A stretch of 64,000 nt of DNA from Octopus sinensis (taxonomy: Eukaryota). The stretch lies in NCBI RefSeq assembly GCF_006345805.1, contig NC_043000.1:114142001-114206000 (forward strand), written 5' to 3'. Numbering within the stretch: the first letter of the stretch is position 1; every line of letters begins with the position of its first letter. Below, piece by piece: positions 12,787 through 64,000 of this stretch. The notes beneath the pieces were generated by a model, which was not told the origin of the DNA, searched no databases, and saw nothing but the letters and a program-made list of their open reading frames with translations. A program made the translations under genes and the position numbers.

Positions 12787-13398
12787 ATATATTTTTAAAT
12801 GTCTTACTTTGAAAAGTTGCATTCGGTGGGATTAGTAATATTTTTGGTAGAAATGACTGATTGTCCCTCTTAGCGTTTGGCAGGTATATATAATGCCTCC
12901 TGGCATGTATGTATAATTATGCCCTCTATATATAAAATATATATGTATATATATATATCAAACAGGACTATGTTTAAGTCCGGTCTTTTTATTAAAGATT
13001 TTTTCCCTCGTTTCCTTATTTTCTGACTTTACATCAAAAACATTTGTAAATACATTGGACCATTAATATTTCTGGGACTTTATACTCAAATAGTTTGCAG
13101 AGGGTTAACAAAGGATCATGGAAAGACTTTTACAACTGACCAAATTACCAACAACAACAGAGCTATGGCAATCTCAAAGAACAGCACAAACTATATCATT
13201 ATTAGCATTCCTGTATTCTGACGATGAGTCTAACTGTTAGCTTTCAAATTGTTAATGGATTTAGGAATGCCACTGGACCAAACTAATCACCACAACAAAC
13301 CAACAAGGAAATAAGAAAAATCCTGAAGGAAAAAAGATCTAACTTAAATCTACTCATGGCTTCTATATACCATGTGAAAGAAGAGCAGTTTCAATTTA

Positions 13399-13440
<42 letters not shown>

Positions 13441-13853
13441 TATGTATATATGCACCCACAGACACACATGCAACCGAAAATGGAATTAATGACATTCTTT
13501 ACTTAAAATCACTACAATTGTTCTGGAGAATTTTTGCACCTGAAGTTCATGTGTGAAATGTTGTACAGTCATTATATTACGTTCCTCAATGGATACTATG
13601 GAATCCCTGATTTATATCCAGCAGCCTGTGCACTTCTACTGTATGATGACATCAGGTAGCCAATAACTGCGGATGAGCTTTGCTCAGCATTCTACAAGGT
13701 TTTTACCCAAATCTCACTTAACTCTGCACATATGGGGATAGGGGGATCACAGCCACGACATGCAACACTCACATGTAAAACTTAACTATGTTCTAAATAC
13801 TGGTGTGGATTTATCAGACAAGTGAGGCAGAACAAAAGACAAAATGCTCCTAC

Positions 13854-55992
<42,139 letters not shown>

Positions 55993-57149
55993 CTGGAAGA
56001 AAACGGACGCAAAGGAACTTCATGCAACAATCTTAGAATCTTAGACAAACAAAAACAAATTGTCAGTCACTGGGAAGAAAAAAAAAAAGTGGTTGGGGTG
56101 ATGGGTTAAAATTCAAATACAAGAGGAAACTAACAGACCAATGCTCCAGAGAACCAAAAATGGTAAAGGTAATAATAATACTAATAGCAGTAGTAGTTAG
56201 TTGGAGATTTAATGAGGTCAGCAGGTAGAATTTGGAAGAAATGGTTTCTCTTCAGTTAGATCACAAAGGCATTAAGATATGCAAGGATGAGGATTTAAGA
56301 AAAGGGTAAGCAAGAAATTAGGTTCCAACCCGTCAGTAGCTACACTTCACTCTAATTTTCATGTTAACTGCCTCTGCCTGCTACTAGGGGTTGTGTGACA
56401 TTTGTATTGAACTACCAGTGGTACACGTGCTAGTTAAGTGTGCTAGTAGTTTGTTTTAGGGGAGATGGACCCCATAAATATCTCAACTGTAGCAGCAGCA
56501 AGTTTGATACATTACACTGCAGTTATTGTGTATTTCAGTTTGTACCTGTAATTCACTGAAGTATGTCTTCATCATCATCATTTAACTTCCGTTTTCCGTG
56601 CTAGCACGGGTTGGACAGTTCGGCCAGGGTCTGGGAATCCAGGAGGCTACACCAGGCTCCAGTCTGATCTGGCAGTGTTTCTACAGCTGGATGCCCTTCC
56701 TAATGTCAACCACTCCGTGAGTGTAGTGGGTGCTTTTTACGTGCCACCGGCACAGGTGCCAAGTGAGGCTGGTAACAGCCACGATCGGTTGGTGCTTTTT
56801 ACATGCCACAGGCACAGAAGCTATTGGTTGTTATTATTAGATAAACTTCATCAAGACGAACTTCACATATGATGGGGACTGTGATGATGAAGGGGTTCAG
56901 TACTAATTGTTTGAGTTTTACATATCTATCTTCCCTAGCACGTATCAATTACATGGCCAAGTGGCCACAATTAGGAACGAAGAGCCAAATGAGCTCTGTA
57001 CAAACCTTACTCTGCCTAAATTCTTTGAGTTGGTTGTTCACTAATAACAAAGTATTCTTTTTTCATTTTGTTACTAAGCACTCATATTTCATCAGCAACA
57101 GGAGAGATCATTATCATCATTATTATTTTCTCTTTATCACAGGTTTTGT

Positions 57150-57820
57150 AGGAATTCCTCGGGTTTTGCATGCATAGCGGGCCTTCTACTTGCAGCCTAT
57201 AGTACTATGCTATTCATTCTTTTCAGCTATCTAATACTTCCCTGATTATTCTGGCACTTCCAAGTAGGCAAACCTTTCATAACAGTTCTACTGGGCACTC
57301 CATTCCAATTTCCTTGATATTCCCCTTGATGCCTTCTGATACTGTTCCCAAGGACCCAACAATAATTGACACTATCTTCACCTTCTTCATTTTCCATAGC
57401 CAGGCTATTTCATACATAAGAGGATTGTATTTATCTATCTTTTCGCCTTCCTTCTTGATTATTCGTGGGTCAAAGGGGCATGCAACATCAACTATATAGC
57501 ATATATGGTGCACCCTGTCTGCCAACACTAGGTCCAGTCTGTTATGCTCTAGCACCTGACCTGTTTGGATTGCCCAGAGAATTTTGCTAGTCTCTGACTA
57601 TGTAGCATTTCGCTACCGGGTGGCTACCAATGTAGCACTTTCACCACTTGGTCATGTCGCCCCAACTTGTAGTGGTTTTGGGCAAGTCTAGGGCATTCGT
57701 CCGTGATATAGGCAATAGTATAATCCACTCTATTGCAGACGCATCACAGCAAAGACACTTGTTCATTCCTAAGGTCAATCTTCCAGTTCATGGCCAAAGC
57801 TTTATCTTGCACTGCCAGTA
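57150..57820 (-). mobile_element. Fragment of an RLE-type (R4/Dong-like) non-LTR retrotransposon
   Basis: ORF 57277..57555 reads DLVLADR...IVDVACPFD...KEGEKIDKY...IVSIIVGSLG, the restriction-like endonuclease domain pattern. Confidence 0.8.
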
Positions 57821-59012
57821 TAGCACTCTTGGTCTCTTTATTATTACTACTGAGTGAGAGAGCACTGGGGCCCAGTTAGAATTTTCTTCATGCTCAAATA
57901 AGGGTTGTTTAAGGATGTTGAATGAAACACCCATATTTCCAAAGGTGAATTATTCAAACCCCAAAGAATCCCTCTCAACACATGGCTATGATGCTACCCC
58001 ACTACTTCTGCTCGTGATCAGAGATGCACATATCGTCAGCCACTAAAGGACATGCTCAACTGGTTACGGTCAAACAACTGACAAGCAAATCTGTGTATGG
58101 AGTAGAATATTTGCAGTATTATTATTATTATTCTGGCAGCAACTAGAAGAATCATTAGTGCATTGGACCAAATGCTTAGTAACATTTCTTCTGGCTCTTT
58201 AAGTTCAGAGTTCAAATTACACCAAGGGCAACTTTGTCTTTCATCCTTTCAGGGTCGATAAAATGAAGTACCAGTTAACTGTTGGGGGGTCAGTATAATG
58301 GACTTATCCCTCCTCCAAACTTCACGGTTTATACCTGTTTAGGAAACATTAGAATTTCTAACATTCCACCTTCTAATAATGTCGTAGTATATAAAAAGCA
58401 GCACTCAGAGTAACAAAACTACATAAAAAAAAAAAAACAACCAGAAAAACTGTTACGTGTGGAACAGGTCTATCTACCAGTCAAGTCTACTGTTAGGATC
58501 AAAGCATAACCATTGGCAAAGCAGAGCTTGTGGAGCTAGTGGTGTTGGGTAACTATGGCGAAGGGGGTTGGACTGCGGATGCTGTTGAAAGAACTGAGGG
58601 CAGAGCTTTGTTTCTTTAGAGAGAACAGTCAACTTTTTCAGGTATTTGAAGAGAGAGAAAAAGAGAGAGGATGGGATGTGAAAGGTAGGTGAGAATGGCA
58701 AAACTGGTTTATGACTAAATGGGCCTACACTAAACCCATGAAGTAAGCCTTGCTTCTCTTTCCAAGTAAGCTATTTTTCCATTCCATCGGGCATCACATC
58801 TGCTCAACTATGGAGTACTGGTCACTTAAGGTTAAATAATGACCCTGTCTTTTACTCTGACAGTGCTAATGACAGCAAGGTGAGCTAACAATTAGCCACA
58901 CACACACGCGTGCATACATGCATTCATGTGTGCACGCGCGCGTGCGTGACAAATTTCCTCATAGTTCCTGCCAATTGATTTCATTCACAGGCATTATGAT
59001 TCTTCTTCTTCT

Positions 59013-59961
59013 TATTATTATTATTATTATAATTATCATCATTTTCAAAGGTGGCGAGCTGACAGAATTGTTAGCATGCCAGGCAAAATGCTTAGCGGTA
59101 TTTCGTCTGTCGCTATGTTCTAAGCTTAAATTCCTTTGAGGTTGACTTTGCCTTCCATTTTTTCAGAGTCGATAAATTAAGTACCAGTTATGCACTGGGG
59201 TTAATGTATCCGACTTAACCCTCCCCCAAAACGGCTGGCCTTGTGGCAAAATTTGAAACCATTATTATTGACGGCGGCAAGCTGGCAGAATCATTAGCAC
59301 ACCGGGTGAAATGCTTAGTGGAATTTCGACTGCCGTTACGTTCTGAGTTCAAATTCTGCCGAGGTCGACTGCCTTTCATCCTTTTTGAGGTTGATAAATT
59401 AAGTACCAGTTGTGTACTGGGGGTCAATGTGATCGACTTGCCCCTTCCCCCAAAATTTCAGGCTTTATGCCTATAGTAGAAATGATTATTATTATTATTA
59501 TTATTATAATTATCATCATTTTCAAAGGTGGCGAGCTGACAGAATTGTTAGCATGCCAGGCAAAATGCTTAGCGGTATTTCGTCTGTCGCTATGTTCTAA
59601 GCTTAAATTCCTTTGAGGTTGACTTTGCCTTCCATTTTTTCAGAGTCGATAAATTAAGTACCAGTTATGCACTGGGGTTAATGTATCCGACTTAACCCTC
59701 CCCCAAAACGGCTGGCCTTGTGGCAAAATTTGAAACCATTATTATTGACGGCGGCAAGCTGGCAGAATCATTAGCACACCGGGTGAAATGCTTAGTGGAA
59801 TTTCGACTGCCGTTACGTTCTGAGTTCAAATTCTGCCGAGGTCGACTGCCTTTCATCCTTTTTGAGGTTGATAAATTAAGTACCAGTTGTGTACTGGGGG
59901 TCAATGTGATCGACTTGCCCCTTCCCCCAAAATTTCAGGCTTTATGCCTATAGTAGAAATG
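59013..59961. repeat. Exact 477-bp tandem duplication of two SINE fragments, bounded by (ATT)n
   Basis: ORF pairs 59215/59692 and 59243/59720 are identical and offset by 477. Confidence 0.92.
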
Positions 59962-61890
59962 ATTATTATTATTATTATTATTATTACTATTATCATCATC
60001 ATCATTTCTGCTATTGACAGTCTAAAGTTAAAAATTATTTTTTAAAATAAAGAGAAAAAGAACTTCATTAAATTTAGCGATTAATAAATAAACTAAAACC
60101 TTCAGATAAACTGTCATGTGCAGAGCAGATTGTGTCTACTCAGGCAGACACAGTCTACTTGGGCAAGCACTGGATATCTGCCCAGTCAACCAATAAGAAA
60201 CAAGAACGCTAACATAAATGAAGACCTGTCTTAACTCTTGATTAGATAAATCTTCAAGTAGCAAACTAAAGAGAAATCACGTGATTGGATTTGCTTGCCC
60301 TCTCCCAAGCACCCTTCACCTCTCTCTTCCTATCCACTCACTAAAATTATTGATAGGTTCTCCAAAAACTTCATGTGAAATAGAGCAAAAGGAATCAATA
60401 CTGGTGTCATAGATTGAACCTGTTTGTTCAAGAACATGGTTAAATGGCACTACCTAGGAACACTCATATAGCATTGATCTACAGTGGGTTGGCTGTAAAG
60501 GAAAAGACAAAGCTCTAATAGTTTTTTTTGTTTTTTTTTTTACATGGGCAATTGTATTAAAATTATTGTTAAAAGGAGAATAATGATAAGATAATAATGT
60601 CTGAAATAAAAACGGAAGAGGTTAAAGAAAAAAAACAAATCTATGTCAAGCAGTTTTGAAAAGGTTTTTCTATTTTTATCTCTGTGTATGAAGAGATAAA
60701 ATTAGATTTAGAAAAGAGAGGGAAACAAGAAGAATTAGAAGTAATTTCCAATTCCTGGCCATCTTCATGATGTTTTAATTAGTAATTATCAATTATTATT
60801 ATTAGTAGTAGTAGTAGTATTATATCATCATTATCATTTAAATTCTGCTAAGGTCTACTTTGCCTTTCATCTCTTTGGGGTCGATAAAATAAGTTGGGTC
60901 CAGAGGTCAATGAAATTGCCTAGTCCACTTCCCCTAAACTTGCTGGCCTTGTGCAAAAATTTGAAATTATAATTATTATTATTAATATTATTATGCCGGC
61001 AAGTTGGCAGAATCATTAGGATGCCAGGCAAAATTTAGCAGTATTTCACCCGCTGCTACATTCTAAGATCAAATTCCTCCAAGCTCAACTTTGCCTTTCA
61101 TCTTTTCGGGGTCGATAAATCAAGTCCCAGCCAAACATTGGGGTCGATGTAATTGACTAGTCCTCTCCCCACAAATTTGAGGCCATGTGCCTCTAGTAGA
61201 AAGGATTATTATTATTATTATTTTTATTATTACTATTATTAAGGCAGCAAGCTGACAGAATTGTTAGCATGCTGGGTAGAATGCTTGGCAGTATTTCGTC
61301 CATCTTCACGTTCTGGTACTGGCGCTGGTGCCACGTTAAGAGCACCCAGTACATTTTGTGGTGTGGTTAGCACTATAAAAGGTATTCAACCATAGAAACC
61401 ATGCCAAGGCCAGCAATTTCGAGAAGGGATTAAGTAGAGGAAATCAACCACAGCACTCAAGTAGTACATATTTCATCAACCCCGCAAGGATGAGAAGCAA
61501 CGTTTCGCTTCAGCGGAATTTGGACTCAGAATGTAAAGACAGACAAAATGCTGCTAAGCATTCTGCCTGGCATGCAAATGATTCTAACAGCTTGCCACCT
61601 TTTTAATAATAATAATAATAATAATAATAATATAATAATAATAATCTTTTCTACTAAAAGCAGAAGGCCTGAAATTTTAGGCAGGAGGGGACTAGAAGAT
61701 CACATCAACCCCGGTGTTTCACTGGTACTTAATTTATCAACCCCCAAAAGGATGAAAGATAAGGTCAGCCTCGGCGGAATTTGAACTCAGAATGTAGCAA
61801 CCAGGTGAAATACCACTAAGCATTTTGTCCAGCACATTAACGATTCCGCCAGCTCACCACCTTAATAATAATAATAATAATAATAATAAG

Positions 61891-62178
61891 CTGCAAGAGT
61901 CGAACATAAAGATTATCCCTATTGTCATCGGAGCATTGGGTTCAATACCACCCAATCTCAAAAAAAAACCATCTGAAAATGTTAGAAATACCCTACAATC
62001 TAGGTGTATTGGAAAAGTTAGCATTACTTGGAACTGCACGCATATTACGTAAAGTACTGTCTGTCTGAGGTTCTTGTTGTGACTTGACAAATAGCACAAA
62101 CCCCCAGTAGACACAATATCTTCAATCAACAGCATCACGACATCGTATACTGTGCGACGTCTATAATAATAATAATAA
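61891..62178 (+). mobile_element. 3' end of an R4/Dong-like element inserted in (TAA)n
   Basis: IKIIPIVIGALGSIP...LALLGTARILRKVLSV* across a frameshift. (TAA)n on both sides. Confidence 0.78.
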
Positions 62179-63045
62179 TGATGATGATGATGATTTCAAA
62201 TTTTGGCACAGAGCCATAAAGTGCTGGGAAGGGAACCAATCAATTATGTCAACCCCAGCGTTCGGCTGGCACTCTTTTTATCGACCCCAAAAGGATGAAA
62301 GGTAAAGTCGACCTCAGTGGAATTCGAACTCAGAACATAATGATGGATGAAATGCCGCTAAGTATTTCGCACACTGTGCAAACCATTCAGCCAGTTCACC
62401 GCCCAATAATAATAATAATGTTTTATTGGCTAAGACAAATACATAGTAGAAGTTGAGTGTTAACAAACGAAGTATCACAAACATCATAAAAGATTGCCAT
62501 GGATGAGGAAGCAATAGGGAAAGAGAGAGGGTAGTGTTTCAAACCCACTGCATTAATCAGGGAAAAAAGGTGGAGAGAGCAACATACTTCAAGGTTGGAA
62601 TTAGATATAAAAAGCCAAGATTCTTCTACAGAGTTAGTAGATGAGAAATATACCTGAGGCAATTATCTACAGCATTCTTCTTCAGTCTTTCTTTATTGAT
62701 TCTTGGAGAAGGAAAACAGGAGTAATTCAATTAAATTCTAGCCCATTTGTGTGTTTTTTTTTTTTGTTGGTTGGTCGGACGTTTGCTTCATATATTGCAC
62801 ACAAACTATCATTCTTACTCAAACACACACAAACACGTATCCATCCATTTATTCAGATTTGGAGGATCACTCCATTACAACACTGACATTTTTTTTTACA
62901 CCCAGAAAATCGAAACAACAAATTGAGCACTTTCTCCTCTCATTTAACACACACACACACACACACATACGTACTCATGACGATTCTGCATTACTCAATT
63001 AAAAGTGTCAAGATACACCAGGTAAATACACACACAAACACACAA

Positions 63046-63096
<51 letters not shown>

Positions 63097-63217
63097 CGTG
63101 ACCGACCAGGCTATCAGATGTTTCTACACATCGCTGGTCACAATGCACTTCGCATTGTTTTAGCCTTCAAATGACACCACCACGCTGGCTAAGCGAGCAG
63201 GCCACACACACACACAC

Positions 63218-63258
<41 letters not shown>

Positions 63259-63269
63259 TAGATAGAAAA

Positions 63270-63394
63270 AGGAAGCAGTCTGAATTTTGGATAATTCTTT
63301 ATTAGCGCTTTCATTCATTTATCTGAACTCTTCAAGACAAAAATTAAATCAAAAAAAGTGCTAATAAAGAATTCCAAAATTCTGACTGCCACCT
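63270..63394. mobile_element. Foldback element with arms of about 42 bp and a degenerate hammerhead on the minus strand
   Basis: aggaagcagtctgaattttggataattctttattagcgcttt mirrors aaaagtgctaataaagaattccaaaattctgactgccacctt. Confidence 0.6.
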
Positions 63395-64000
63395 TTTTTT
63401 CAAAATACAATATCTGTACACCACTTCAAACACTCCATATATATATAAGGAATGAACACTCCATCAGTTACGAAAACGAGGGTCCCAGTTGATTCGATCA
63501 ACAGAACAGCCTGCTTGTGAAATTAACGTGCAAATGACTGAGCACTCTACAGACAAGTGTACCCTTAACAAAGTTCTCAAGGAGATTCGGTGTGACACAG
63601 AGTGCGGCAAGGCTGACCCTTTGAATTGTTGGTACATTTCATTTTTTCCAGCTGAGTGGACTGGAGCAATGTGAGATAAAGTGTTTTATTCAAGGACACA
63701 ATGCATCACTGGGGGATTGAACTCATGACCTTATGATTGTGAGCCGAATATCCCAACCACTAAGCCATGTGCCTTCACAAGCACACTTAAATTAAGATGT
63801 GTTTTTGCGAGGAAGTTCTTCGATGGAGCTTTGACGAGCCCTGCGGAGTAACAGTACTGCGAAGGGTAGGTGTATTTAAACAAATATGCACACGTACGTA
63901 CATACATACATACACACAAACACACACACACTGCTGCAAAGTGAAAATCCGATACAGAAAGATGTGACCTTAGGTGATGTTAAAAAAAAAGATGTTGCCA

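Larger units (their letters stand above)
10956..12935. mobile_element. 485-bp hammerhead-containing tandem/inverted array (Penelope-like pseudo-LTR or retrozyme type), inserted in (TA)n
   Basis: About 1.45 copies in one orientation (10956-11662), then about 2.6 copies in the opposite orientation (11668-12935). Periods are 485 and 483. Copies are nearly identical. No ORF of 60 aa or more in the supplied track. Confidence 0.8.

Noticed and set aside
58864-58879. Plus-strand AG...GT mini-exon of 16 nt
   Set aside because: It is not frame-preserving and I found no other plus-strand exons.
63825-63870. TTGACGA...GAAG motif as a hammerhead
   Set aside because: Both core halves deviate from consensus and there is no stem I or III.

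Overview
AT-rich, microsatellite-dense eukaryotic DNA, inferred from its repeat landscape to be a cephalopod, probably Octopus. The window holds the 3' half of one minus-strand gene of the LRCH family (leucine-rich repeat and calponin-homology proteins). Nine ordinary exons chain with matching splice phases from 55992 down to 13854 and encode a Ser/Thr-rich linker, a coiled coil and most of the CH domain. The LRR exons must lie beyond the right edge, and I could not identify the terminal exon. The introns hold tRNA-derived SINEs, RTE-tailed SINEs, RTE and R4/Dong LINE fragments, piggyBac and hAT MITEs and a Tc1/mariner remnant. The main unexpected signal is a dispersed set of minimal type I hammerhead ribozyme (HHR) motifs. 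Four identical copies lie in a 485-bp tandem-plus-inverted array at 10956-12935. One canonical-core copy lies in a 540-bp element of the same architecture at 34021-34832. Degenerate copies sit in or next to at least seven further small elements, mostly foldback hairpins, one of which carries a tRNA-like head. This architecture matches Penelope-like pseudo-LTRs or retrozymes. Also seen: a frame-preserving 12-nt microexon, a candidate alternative terminal exon encoding a microsatellite-built transmembrane helix, and two candidate recursive splice sites. No CRISPR array, rRNA or convincing functional tRNA gene was found. All structures were derived by eye, with no folding software or database search.
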